Origin: Opitutales bacterium
Lineage (GTDB): Bacteria > Verrucomicrobiota > Verrucomicrobiia > Opitutales > PNEW01
Length of the DNA: 64,000 nucleotides
Direction of reading: 5' to 3'
Assembly (NCBI GenBank): GCA_965219535.1
Contig: CBDCNV010000001.1
Coordinates: forward strand, 2,007,230 to 2,071,229
The notes beneath the pieces are model-generated. The model ran no database searches. It saw only the letters and a program-made list of their open reading frames with translations, and was not told the origin of the DNA. Of the stretch, positions 30,025-39,509 are shown piece by piece. Both the position numbers and the translations under genes were made by a program. Positions within the stretch are counted from its first letter, which is position 1. Every line of letters starts with the position of its first letter.

Positions 30025-31035
30025 GTGATTTTATTCAAGATAAGACGTGACAATAAGTACAAACCGGGCCTGGCCTGGTTTTGCATTTTTGCACTATTCT
30101 GGATCACGTTACTGCTCTATGCCGGCGGCTTTACGACCAGTATTGAAGCCGGAATGGCTTTCCTCGACTGGCCACTTTCCAATGGGTCAATAAACCCAGC
30201 GGGATGGACGGAAGATCGGGAAATGCGCGCTGAACACAGCCATCGACTACTGGGTATGAAAATTGGTATCCTCTCAATAATTTTAGTCGTTTGGACACAA
30301 ATTCGAGAGGATAGACGCTGGGTTCGCCGTGTTGCCCTGATTCTTTTGCTCATGGTTATTCTTCAAGGGTGTTTAGGGGGCGCACGCGTAGTATTTGACC
30401 GGTTTAACATTCACAGCGAAAACAACGTTATAGCACAATCTTTTGCGATAATTCATGCTTGCGGTGCACAAATCATCCTTTGTCTCCTGGTAACGCTTTC
30501 ACTTGTCTGCTCACGTCATTGGATTGAAAGATACGGCGGGTTGAAAGAACCCGCTCCGAACAGTGTGGGATGGGCGGGATTAATTGCCTGCATCACACTA
30601 TTTATCGCGATCACCTTTGGCGCTATTATGCGCCACGCTGACGTTGGCCTGGCTATTAGCACCTTTCCCTACTCCACATGGGAGGGCAACTGGTTGCCAA
30701 TCAATTGGAATTGGGCTGTGTCCATAAATTTCGCCCATCGCGTAAGTGCTCTACTCGCGTCCATTGCCATCCTTTTTTTCATTGCTAATATATGGAAGTT
30801 CGCGCGAATTTCACCCACATTAGGCTGGTTGAGTATCCTCCCTCTTTTATTGCTTTTTTTGCAAATTTTTCTCGGTGCAACTGTAACTTGGAGTCGAATT
30901 CATGAACATGCCGCCACCGCTCATATGCTAAACGGGGCTTTTCTTCTTGCCAGTTGTTGGATGCTCACTTTTTTAAGTATGCGTTTATCACCCCCTTTTT
31001 TTATCCCCCATAAAGGTTCTAAACTTGCCACTTAG
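30025..31035 (+). CDS. ctaA: heme A synthase (COX15/CtaA)
   Basis: It is polytopic, has the GGFTTSIEAGMAFLDWPL motif, and has conserved His residues in paired helices. It lies next to ctaB. Confidence 0.88.
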   Translation: MILFKIRRDNKYKPGLAWFCIFALFWITLLLYAGGFTTSIEAGMAFLDWPLSNGSINPAGWTEDREMRAEHSHRLLGMKIGILSIILVVWTQIREDRRWVRRVALILLLMVILQGCLGGARVVFDRFNIHSENNVIAQSFAIIHACGAQIILCLLVTLSLVCSRHWIERYGGLKEPAPNSVGWAGLIACITLFIAITFGAIMRHADVGLAISTFPYSTWEGNWLPINWNWAVSINFAHRVSALLASIAILFFIANIWKFARISPTLGWLSILPLLLLFLQIFLGATVTWSRIHEHAATAHMLNGAFLLASCWMLTFLSMRLSPPFFIPHKGSKLAT

Positions 31036-31070
31036 GATAGAAGTTAATTAGAAATCATCCTCATTAATAA

Positions 31071-32012
31071 ATGAGAGCTAGTCCCACCCAATATAATATT
31101 CAGACAGAATCGCAATCTGAGCTTATCACCAGAGAAGATTCTGAACGTGGGGTGCTCTTTTTCGATTATTGGGAATTAACCAAACCACGTCTGAGTCTAC
31201 TCGCGGTCATTTCAGCTATTGTTGGTTATCTTGTAGCTCAACCGGATAAAGATATTTTATTATTCATGAACCTGCTCATTGGGACGTCACTGGCAGCAGG
31301 GGGAGCAGCGGTTCTTAATCATTGGCAAGAAAGGGAAACGGATGCCATAATGGTGCGGACGCGCAACCGCCCGATCCCCTCTGGATCGATAAGCCCGAAA
31401 GCCGCCTTTATTTATGGAATCGTGATTTCAATAACAGGTGATCTTCTACTCTGGCTCGGGGTCAACAGTTTAGCAGCGAGCATGGCTCTTATTACCCAAG
31501 CAGCTTATCTCTTAGTTTACACTCCACTTAAACAGCGTTCCCATTGGTGCACGGAGATAGGTGCCATTCCAGGAGCCATTCCCCCCTTAATTGGGTGGGC
31601 TGCAGCTGAAGGTTCAATTTCCACCCTCGGTTGGATATTGTTTGCCATTCTCCTAACCTGGCAAATTCCACATTTTATGGCCATTGCTTGGAAGTTCCGG
31701 AAGGACTACGAAAAAGCAGGGTTTCCCATGCTCTCAGTTATTGACGTGAGCGGGTCTCGCGTCGCAAGACAATCTCTCATCTTCACTCTTTTATTAATTA
31801 TCAGTAGTCTCACGCCGACCATTCTGGGCTATACTTCACTTTTTTACGCACTGGTCGCCGCCAGCTTGGGGGCCTGGTTTCTAATCATGGCCCTGTGTTT
31901 CATGCAGGCAGCTAATCGCGATAAAACTGCACATAAGCTTTTCATGGTTTCAATCGCCTATCTCCCCTTATTGTTGGCCGCCCTTGTAATCGATCGCTGG
32001 TTTATCGTTTAG
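31071..32012 (+). CDS. ctaB: protoheme IX farnesyltransferase (heme O synthase)
   Basis: It belongs to the UbiA family, with NHWQERETDAIMVRTRNRPIPSG and a second Asp-rich region. Confidence 0.92.
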   Translation: MRASPTQYNIQTESQSELITREDSERGVLFFDYWELTKPRLSLLAVISAIVGYLVAQPDKDILLFMNLLIGTSLAAGGAAVLNHWQERETDAIMVRTRNRPIPSGSISPKAAFIYGIVISITGDLLLWLGVNSLAASMALITQAAYLLVYTPLKQRSHWCTEIGAIPGAIPPLIGWAAAEGSISTLGWILFAILLTWQIPHFMAIAWKFRKDYEKAGFPMLSVIDVSGSRVARQSLIFTLLLIISSLTPTILGYTSLFYALVAASLGAWFLIMALCFMQAANRDKTAHKLFMVSIAYLPLLLAALVIDRWFIV

Positions 32013-32098
32013 CTCATTGATTCTGCCAACCGGCTATCACTCTCATAGAATCTATCCGCGCTTTTTCTTAAAGCGGAGTCACAAGTCAAATAATTTTC

Positions 32099-32539
32099 AT
32101 GATGGGGTTTCCATTTCCTGAATTAAACGCCAGTTTAAATAGCCTGGCAACTGTGTTGCTGACTCTAGGTTTTATATTTATCAAAATTAAAAAAATTAGA
32201 GCTCATCAATATTTAATGGTCACAGCTTTTATTATCTCAATTGTATTTCTTATAAGTTATGTCACGCATAGAATCATTGCACAGGGTGTTCATACGCCTT
32301 TCAACGGTGAAGGATTCTGGCGAACCGTATATTACAGTATACTTATCAGTCACATTATTTTAGCAATTATCATCGTTCCATTAGTGTTGCGCACTCTTTT
32401 CCTGGCGTTTACAAATCAATTTGAAAGGCATCGTTTTTGGGCCAGAATTACCTTCCCTATCTGGTATTATGTTTCCATCACCGGTGTGCTTGTTTATTTT
32501 TTTCTCTATCAATGGTTCCCTTCAGACATCCAATTCTGA
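32099..32539 (+). CDS. DUF420 family membrane protein (commonly linked to heme-copper oxidase biogenesis genes)
   Basis: It has four TM segments. As far as I recall, the NASLNSLATVLL and ISHIILA patterns are typical of DUF420. Its position after ctaAB also fits. Confidence 0.7.
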   Translation: MMGFPFPELNASLNSLATVLLTLGFIFIKIKKIRAHQYLMVTAFIISIVFLISYVTHRIIAQGVHTPFNGEGFWRTVYYSILISHIILAIIIVPLVLRTLFLAFTNQFERHRFWARITFPIWYYVSITGVLVYFFLYQWFPSDIQF

Positions 32540-32639
32540 CCTGGCATCCACAAATCGTAAGCGCTTAAGTAATAAACGAATTTATAGAAGACGCATAGAA
32601 CCAATCTCATTGGCTGAATAAGATTAATTAAATTTTTTT

Positions 32640-34457
32640 ATGACTTGGGAAATCGCATTTGTTTTGATTCTGCTCATCTTGGCAATCGCCAGTTTTGTCT
32701 TGGAAAAAATCCCAAGCGATCTGACGGCGATTACATTATTTATTATTATTCTCTTAGTAGGATTACTCCCTGTTGCGAATACTTTGCCTTCGACAAGTAT
32801 GATGCTGAGCGTTTTTGCTAATCCCGCTCCAGTCACTGTTGCTTCAATGTTCATCATCAGCGCCGCCTTGGAAAAATGTGGCGCGATTGAAGTCTTAGCT
32901 GTATTTCTCGAAAAATTAGCTGGTCTGGGCTACCGCTGTTTTTTACTCGTTATGATCTTAGGTGTGGCTGTCGCTTCTGCTTTTATTAACAACACGCCTA
33001 TCGTGGTAGTTTTACTACCTGTTATTTTAAGTCTTTCAAGAAAAATGGGGGTTCCTGCTTCCAAGCTTCTCATTCCACTTTCTTATGCTTCGATATTCGG
33101 AGGAATCTGCACCCTTGTCGGAACAAGTACCAATATCCTTGCCAGCAGCATCATAGAAGCCGCAGAACAACCACCCCTTGGGATGTTTGAAACAGCCTGG
33201 ATAGGCGTTCCCTTACTATTGGTGGGAAGCATCTACCTCATTTTTTTCGCGAATCGATTGCTCCCCGTTCGCGAAACACTGACTTCTATCCTCTCAGAAG
33301 AAGAGCGCAAAGAATATATAACAGAAGCTTATGTTCAGCACGACTCCTCGGTTATAGGTAAAACACTCGCCGAATCAGGCCTATTAAAAACCGGCAGCGC
33401 GCGGGTGCTTGAAATTATCCGCGATCAAGTAGCTCTCTTTACTGATCTCAATAATCTGGTCTTACTTGAAGGCGACCGATTGATCATGGCCCTACGTCCC
33501 TCGGGCGTGGCTCACGCACGGATGATCGACGGGGTTAATCTGGCCGCAGAAATGGGCCAGGGGCTGGAAACCATCGCCGCGCATGAAGGTTCAATCGTAG
33601 AAGGTGTAATCGGTACTAAATCAACGATAAGAGGGAAAAATATAAGGGAGACTAATTTCAGACAACGCTATCGAATGATTGTTTTGGCCATTCATCGAGG
33701 CAGCGTAAATCTACGTGAAAAACTGGACCAGGTACCTCTCGAATTAGGCGACACCCTGCTGATGATGGGGACCGACACCGCAGTCGAAGATCTTCGAAAA
33801 AGTGATGATATTCTCCTTCTTGATCGTCCAACGACTCCGGCTAAAAGTATGCGCCAAAAGATGCCAATCGTATTTATTATCATTGCGGCAATCATTATCT
33901 CAGCTTCTTTAAATCTTGTTCCCATTGTAGCTGCAACTTTAACCGGTGTTGGCGCTTTATTTCTCACCGGTTGCCTCAAGCCGAATGAGGGATACGCAGC
34001 AATCGAATGGAGTATCATTTTTCTCATCTACGGTATGCTAGGTGTTGGCATGGCGATGTTTTCTACAGGTACCGCAACATTCCTCGTGGATGAGTTCGCT
34101 GCGCTTACTGAATCTTTATTTTCTGATCCATTGAAACCTTACATCATGCTCGCCGGGCTATACTTGTGTACTACCGTGCTTACAGAATTTCTTTCTAATA
34201 ATGCGACTATCGTCCTCATGGCTCCAGTTGCCATGGGTATTGCGGAAACCCTGGGTGTAGATCCCCGCCCTTTTATTATTACCGCAGCGATAGCTTCTTC
34301 TGCCAGTTTTTCAACACCTATCGGCTATCAGACTAACACCTTTGTTTTTGGTGTCGGCGGTTATCGTTTTGCAGATTTCTACAAGATAGGTCTACCGCTC
34401 AATATAATTTTTTTTATTGTAAGTATGGCACTCATCCCGCGTATTTGGAGTTTTTAA
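32640..34457 (+). CDS. SLC13/DASS-type anion permease with two central TrkA-C (RCK_C) domains
   Basis: The N- and C-terminal CitMHS/DASS transmembrane halves contain SFINNTP and SNNAT hairpins. They flank two soluble TrkA-C repeats (SSVIGKTLAESGL..., STIRGKNIRETNF...). Confidence 0.85.
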   Translation: MTWEIAFVLILLILAIASFVLEKIPSDLTAITLFIIILLVGLLPVANTLPSTSMMLSVFANPAPVTVASMFIISAALEKCGAIEVLAVFLEKLAGLGYRCFLLVMILGVAVASAFINNTPIVVVLLPVILSLSRKMGVPASKLLIPLSYASIFGGICTLVGTSTNILASSIIEAAEQPPLGMFETAWIGVPLLLVGSIYLIFFANRLLPVRETLTSILSEEERKEYITEAYVQHDSSVIGKTLAESGLLKTGSARVLEIIRDQVALFTDLNNLVLLEGDRLIMALRPSGVAHARMIDGVNLAAEMGQGLETIAAHEGSIVEGVIGTKSTIRGKNIRETNFRQRYRMIVLAIHRGSVNLREKLDQVPLELGDTLLMMGTDTAVEDLRKSDDILLLDRPTTPAKSMRQKMPIVFIIIAAIIISASLNLVPIVAATLTGVGALFLTGCLKPNEGYAAIEWSIIFLIYGMLGVGMAMFSTGTATFLVDEFAALTESLFSDPLKPYIMLAGLYLCTTVLTEFLSNNATIVLMAPVAMGIAETLGVDPRPFIITAAIASSASFSTPIGYQTNTFVFGVGGYRFADFYKIGLPLNIIFFIVSMALIPRIWSF

Positions 34458-34611
34458 AAATTAAAAGGAAAAATATTACTATAATCACGAAACTATTCTT
34501 CCATAATCCTGTTATAACATACAGCTGATCATTCATCCTTGATGAAACCCAATCTTATATTATTGATTGCTAAATTTTGTCGCTAAAATAGTCTCTAGCT
34601 AAATCCAAATC

Positions 34612-35604
34612 GTGATGATAAATAAATTTATATGTTTTTTATTATTGATTTCTCTCATCTGTTGCAGTCTCATTCTCGTTGCGCAAGATAGTGACAGTGA
34701 AGCTGTTGAAATGGAAGAGGATAGTGGTCGCTTTGATTCTGATGATTCAGAGGAATTTATCGAGGAAGATGGCGAAGAAGATGAAAGTTTCGATTCTGAT
34801 CGTTCAGTCGAGTTCCTTGATGAAGACGAAAGTGAGGAACTGGATTACGAAAGCGATGAGCAGAGTAAAACAGAAGATAAAGTTCAGCTTAAGCCAACTG
34901 ACGCCACCTCGAGTAAATTAATTGACCTGCACCTAAAAGCGTTAGGGGGAGTAGAAAACTTAAAGGCTATCAATACCCTTAAAATGGAGGGAGAATTTCG
35001 TGAAGGGAAAAAAAGTTGGAATATGACCTGGTTCAAGAAAGCACCGAATAAATACAGGGTCGAGCGCCATCATCGTCTTTTAGGAAGAGACTATATTACG
35101 GTAAAAGCCTATGACGGGGAAAACGCATGGGTGAGAGAAGTTTCCCCTGAAATGTTGCCTCCTGAAAATATGAGTAAAGGTGATCTTATAGCCTTTGCTC
35201 AAGAAGCGGAATTTTATAATCACCTGATCGACTGGCGTGAAAAGGGTCACCGCTTTAATTACATTGATAAAATCAAGCTCCGCAAAGAGCCGACCTATTT
35301 TGTACAAGGAAAGCTCAAAGACGGGCGCGATGTATTTTATTATTTCGACCCACAGAATTTTCTTCTCAGACAATTTGGCTTCAAGGAACGATTTGCCGGA
35401 TCGCTTGTTGATGCTGATTATATTCCCGTTAATTTCACAAAAATTAAAGGGGTGTGGATGGAGGGAAAAAAGCAATACGTGGTTGAAGGTCGAGTCTATA
35501 AAGAAATTAACTACGAAAAAATCCTCGCCAATATAGATATACCTGACTCTTTATTTGAGGTCCCCGAGGTGAAAGAATTTATTCTACGTCAGAAAAGTAG
35601 GTAG
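34612..35604 (+). CDS. secreted protein: acidic D/E/S-rich disordered region plus LolA-like (outer-membrane lipoprotein-sorting-like) domain
   Basis: A signal peptide (INKFICFLLLISLICCSLILVAQD) is followed by about 70 aa of D/E/S-rich low complexity. Next comes LIDLHLKALGGVENLKAINTLKMEG...AYDGENAW, a pattern typical of LolA-fold sorting-like proteins. Confidence 0.6.
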   Translation: MMINKFICFLLLISLICCSLILVAQDSDSEAVEMEEDSGRFDSDDSEEFIEEDGEEDESFDSDRSVEFLDEDESEELDYESDEQSKTEDKVQLKPTDATSSKLIDLHLKALGGVENLKAINTLKMEGEFREGKKSWNMTWFKKAPNKYRVERHHRLLGRDYITVKAYDGENAWVREVSPEMLPPENMSKGDLIAFAQEAEFYNHLIDWREKGHRFNYIDKIKLRKEPTYFVQGKLKDGRDVFYYFDPQNFLLRQFGFKERFAGSLVDADYIPVNFTKIKGVWMEGKKQYVVEGRVYKEINYEKILANIDIPDSLFEVPEVKEFILRQKSR

Positions 35605-35624
35605 AGCTTTTCTCTTCAGCATCA

Positions 35625-37964
35625 ATGCGGCTTTTCCTGAACGATAAAAAAGTTTCATTAAGCGTAAGGGAATTTTCTGAGTTTCACCTTGGGCCGAGCA
35701 ATTCTGATTTTAGTAAAACCGGGCTTTGGCGTGTTGAACTGGGTCAGACTTGGCACAAAGAGTTAAAAGCCCAGGCTATCGCAGAATACAGCAATGCGAC
35801 ATTTGAAATCCCTGTAAGTGGCACCTGGCTTCAAAAAGACTGGGCTGTTTCCATCCAGGGACGTATCGATCAGGTAATACACCAGGGTAATAGTGTAACA
35901 TTCAGAGAAATAAAAACAGTAAATGCTACCCTGCCCTTAGCCGAAGATGAGTTATTGGACAGATTCCGCACCTATTTTCTTCAATTAGGAACATACCTCG
36001 TTCTCGCGGACAACAATCCTTCCTACCGAGATCTGCTTATACACGGAGAGCTTCTCTTTATTGATATCACAGAAGAGAATTCACAATCCGTGATGATCGG
36101 TACGGATTTTAAAGATCATTTTTTAAAACAGATGGAGATCCTTTATTCATTTCTCGAGCAACGCTGGTTGTCAATGCAACGTCTGCGCCGATTGGATTTT
36201 AATCTTCCATTCTCGTCGCTTCGTTCAGGTCAGGAATATACCCGTGAGATGCTGGACCGCGCAGGAAATCAGTCCAAGGTTATCCTCTTTGAAGCTCCAA
36301 CCGGATTCGGTAAAACCGGTACCGCCCTCGAATTCGCACTTGGTCGTTTGCGTGATGGTCATTATGATCGCGTCATCTTCCTCACGAGTAAATCTACGGG
36401 GCAAATCCAAGTTGTTCGCCAATTAGAGTCGATGTTATCTGAAGACGGAGGACTGCAATATTTCCAATTGCGCAATAAAATAGAGCATGCCCAGGATTGT
36501 AATCTTCGCTATTGTGACAATGGATACGGTTGTAGGCATAACTTAGCGGAACAATGGGAGAAAGCGGGAATTGCTCCAATGCTCCTTTTTGAAAACAGAA
36601 CACTCACTTTATCCCAAATAAAAAAATTAGGGGATACCCATCGGGTTTGCCCCTATGAAATTTCTCGATCTGCCTTACCCTTCGCCGATGTCTGGGTGGC
36701 AGATTATAATTATGTATTCAGTCCAACTAATAATAATATTTTTTTTGAACAACCTGGATTTGAACCGAGTCAAACTTTACTCATCATAGATGAAGGGCAT
36801 AATTTACCTTCGCGTGTCGCTGATCGTTATTCTCTTTCCTATTCCCAGTCAGACGCTGAAATAGTGATTAACGAATTGCAGTTCGCGAACATCTCTGCCC
36901 CCCTCTATCTGGCTTATGAAAAATGGCTTCACCTGCTTGATCAGGTGAAAGCTACTGACCGACTCAATGAAAAAACAGAAATTCAAGTACGGGAATATAT
37001 TAATGCGATAGTTAAAGAATTAAGGCAAAGTCCAATTGATAAATCTCTCTTTACAAACGCTGCTTTTGATAAGCTCTGGTCATGCTCAATAATTAAAAAA
37101 TTCCTCGATCATGAGAGTCTCGAAAAACTTATCTGGGCTCCAGACTCTGGTGCCTTAAATTTCACCTGTTTAAATGCTGCGATAGAAATTGAGTCTGTCA
37201 TTCAATCTTTTGGTCAAACTCTGATAATGTCAGCCACACTCACTCCAAAAAAACACTTCAGTGAATCCTGTGGGATCAACCCTGAACTCTGTCAATGGGT
37301 GGAAGCGGAGGCCGAGTGGAGAAAGGGCGCTTATCAGGTTGCCATTGATTTAAGGGTAGATACCAGCTTAAAGAACCGTTCCCGTCATTACGCCACGACT
37401 GCTGAGACCGTTAGTCTTTTGTGTCAGATGGCTAACGACCCGATAATTGTTTACTTCCCCTCCTACCGTTATGCCGAAACAATCGGTGAATATCTAAGTG
37501 TGGCCTCCTCCGGAATTCGAACAGCGATACAACCGCGTAATCTTGATCTTGCTGAGCAAGATCTCTTTATCGAAGAAGCACTCCTTAACATGGATACCTT
37601 ATTCCTTGTCCTCGGTAGTAGTTTTTCTGAGAGCATAGACATGCTCGGAGGGCGTGTCACGACTGTTATGGTAGTTGGTCCAGCCTTACCCGAGGTTAAT
37701 GCAATTCAACGAGCTAAAATGGAAGAATGCGATTACCTTTCGCGCGATGAAGCATTTTTAAAAGTTTATCAAACGCCGGCGATGATGAAAATTAATCAGG
37801 CCCTGGGCAGACTAGTGCGTGCACCAGGGCAACAGGCTCGCGTATTACTACACTGTAAACGGTTTGCTCAACGATCTTACACCAACTTATTAGCAGAAGA
37901 ATACCGGCAAGCCTATGAGATAAAATCTGAAGAAGGTTTGCTCAATTGGCATCAAGGAAAATAA
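35625..37964 (+). CDS. RecB-like PD-(D/E)XK nuclease domain fused to XPD/DinG-family Fe-S DNA helicase
   Basis: The N-terminus has GRIDQV...FREIKT...QLGTY, matching the D, ExK and QxxxY motifs of RecB-family nucleases. Helicase motif I is APTGFGKTG, motif II is DEGHNL and motif VI is QALGRLVRA. The Fe-S cysteines are CNLRYCDNGYGC (Cx4Cx5C) plus VCPYE. Confidence 0.8.
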   Translation: MRLFLNDKKVSLSVREFSEFHLGPSNSDFSKTGLWRVELGQTWHKELKAQAIAEYSNATFEIPVSGTWLQKDWAVSIQGRIDQVIHQGNSVTFREIKTVNATLPLAEDELLDRFRTYFLQLGTYLVLADNNPSYRDLLIHGELLFIDITEENSQSVMIGTDFKDHFLKQMEILYSFLEQRWLSMQRLRRLDFNLPFSSLRSGQEYTREMLDRAGNQSKVILFEAPTGFGKTGTALEFALGRLRDGHYDRVIFLTSKSTGQIQVVRQLESMLSEDGGLQYFQLRNKIEHAQDCNLRYCDNGYGCRHNLAEQWEKAGIAPMLLFENRTLTLSQIKKLGDTHRVCPYEISRSALPFADVWVADYNYVFSPTNNNIFFEQPGFEPSQTLLIIDEGHNLPSRVADRYSLSYSQSDAEIVINELQFANISAPLYLAYEKWLHLLDQVKATDRLNEKTEIQVREYINAIVKELRQSPIDKSLFTNAAFDKLWSCSIIKKFLDHESLEKLIWAPDSGALNFTCLNAAIEIESVIQSFGQTLIMSATLTPKKHFSESCGINPELCQWVEAEAEWRKGAYQVAIDLRVDTSLKNRSRHYATTAETVSLLCQMANDPIIVYFPSYRYAETIGEYLSVASSGIRTAIQPRNLDLAEQDLFIEEALLNMDTLFLVLGSSFSESIDMLGGRVTTVMVVGPALPEVNAIQRAKMEECDYLSRDEAFLKVYQTPAMMKINQALGRLVRAPGQQARVLLHCKRFAQRSYTNLLAEEYRQAYEIKSEEGLLNWHQGK

Positions 37965-38016
37965 TCACACTTACAGCTTGCGCTCTTAAGACAAATATTA
38001 CACAAATAATTTTTTA

Positions 38017-38553
38017 ATGAGCGAAGTCGCAAGAATTGAAAGCGAGGAGCTACACCAGTATATAGATAGTATTGCCAATAGCATCGCGGATAAACACCGC
38101 GATAATAAAGAGTTGGTTATTGTCGGAATTGCCAATGGGGGCATCCCCTTTAGCATTAATCTCGCTCGAGTTTTGGGAAAAAACCTGGGCCACACGGTAC
38201 CTTGCGGCAGTGTTGATATCTCATTTCATCGCGATGATATTGGACACAAACCTATAACATCGATCGATAATCCTACGGTCTTACCGGTAAATATAGAAGG
38301 CGCAACCGTCATTTTAGCGGATGATGTGCTTTTTTCCGGACGAACAGCAAGAGCTGCACTCAATGAAATATTCGATCAGGGACGGCCTGGCTTTATCGAG
38401 CTGGCAGTACTTTGTGATCGGGGCAACCGGCGTCTACCTATTCAGCCCAACTACATCGGTTTCTCAAAAGAAACGACCATCAATCAGAAAGTCGTGGTGA
38501 ATTTGAACATTGAAGATCCATCGAATGATAGCCTAGTTATTTTAAGCGCATGA
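38017..38553 (+). CDS. pyrR: bifunctional pyrimidine operon regulator / uracil phosphoribosyltransferase
   Basis: It has the PRTase PRPP loop (VILADDVLFSGRTARAA) and typical PyrR length. It overlaps the pyrB start by 4 nt. Confidence 0.88.
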   Translation: MSEVARIESEELHQYIDSIANSIADKHRDNKELVIVGIANGGIPFSINLARVLGKNLGHTVPCGSVDISFHRDDIGHKPITSIDNPTVLPVNIEGATVILADDVLFSGRTARAALNEIFDQGRPGFIELAVLCDRGNRRLPIQPNYIGFSKETTINQKVVVNLNIEDPSNDSLVILSA

Positions 38554-39509
38554 AAAAAGCATCTAATTGGACACGGAAACATTTACTTTCAATTGAAGCC
38601 CTGAGTCGGGAGGAATTGGAAACTATATTTTCAGTGGCCGACTCTTTCAAACGCACCCTCCAGAGATCGCAAAAAAAATTACCTTCGCTACGGGGCAAAA
38701 CTATAGTTAATCTATTTCTTGAACCCAGCACACGCACGCGAGTCGCTTTTGAAATAGCGGCAAAGCGCCTCAGCGCTGATGTTATCTCTATAACTTCAAA
38801 TGTCAGCAGCCTGACGAAAGGAGAAACACTTCGTGATACGGCGCGAAATATTGAAGCATTAAATGCTGATCTCCTCGTCATTCGCCACTCAGCAGCTGGA
38901 TCACCTCAATATTTAAGCCGAATTATTAATATCCCTGTTATTAATGCCGGAGACGGGGCACACGAACACCCGACTCAAGCCTTACTTGACACCTTTACCT
39001 TGAGAGAACAACTGGGAGAGTTAAAGGGAAAAAAAGTAACCATCTTGGGTGATATTTTATTCAGTCGAGTCGCGCGTTCTAATATTTGGGCACTGCAGAA
39101 ACTTGGCGCGCATGTTACCCTGGCGGGTCCATCGACTCTTGTCCCCAAACTTTTTTGCGAACTCCAGGTAGAGGTCACTCACTCTTTAAAAGAAGCCCTC
39201 GCCGACGCTGATGCGGTCATGCTCTTACGTATTCAACATGAGCGCCAAACTTCCACCCACTTCCCCTCCATTGGGGAATACAAAAGCATGTTTGGGCTCA
39301 ATCTTCAGCGCGCTTCCTGGCTAAAACCTGACGCTATAATTATGCACCCAGGTCCTATTAATCGTGGTGTAGAAATCGATTCCCAACTCGCTGACTCTAA
39401 CCGCTCCGTAATTCTTCAACAAGTCACTAATGGCATTGTTTGCCGCATGGCAGTTCTCTTTCTTTGTGCCAGTGCAAGCAGTCAGACTCAGCCGAAAAAG
39501 CTAACATGA
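38550..39509 (+). CDS. pyrB: aspartate carbamoyltransferase catalytic subunit
   Basis: It has the carbamoyl-phosphate motif EPSTRTR, HPTQALLD, and HPGPINRG. Confidence 0.95.
   Translation: MKKASNWTRKHLLSIEALSREELETIFSVADSFKRTLQRSQKKLPSLRGKTIVNLFLEPSTRTRVAFEIAAKRLSADVISITSNVSSLTKGETLRDTARNIEALNADLLVIRHSAAGSPQYLSRIINIPVINAGDGAHEHPTQALLDTFTLREQLGELKGKKVTILGDILFSRVARSNIWALQKLGAHVTLAGPSTLVPKLFCELQVEVTHSLKEALADADAVMLLRIQHERQTSTHFPSIGEYKSMFGLNLQRASWLKPDAIIMHPGPINRGVEIDSQLADSNRSVILQQVTNGIVCRMAVLFLCASASSQTQPKKLT

Noticed and set aside
37965-38016. I looked for a PyrR-binding anti-antiterminator loop (ARUCCAGAGAGGYU-like) upstream of pyrR-pyrB-pyrC.
   Set aside because: The 52-nt leader has no such motif and no terminator/antiterminator pair. 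PyrR here may act mainly as a UPRTase or regulate at another locus. There is no supportable RNA feature to report.
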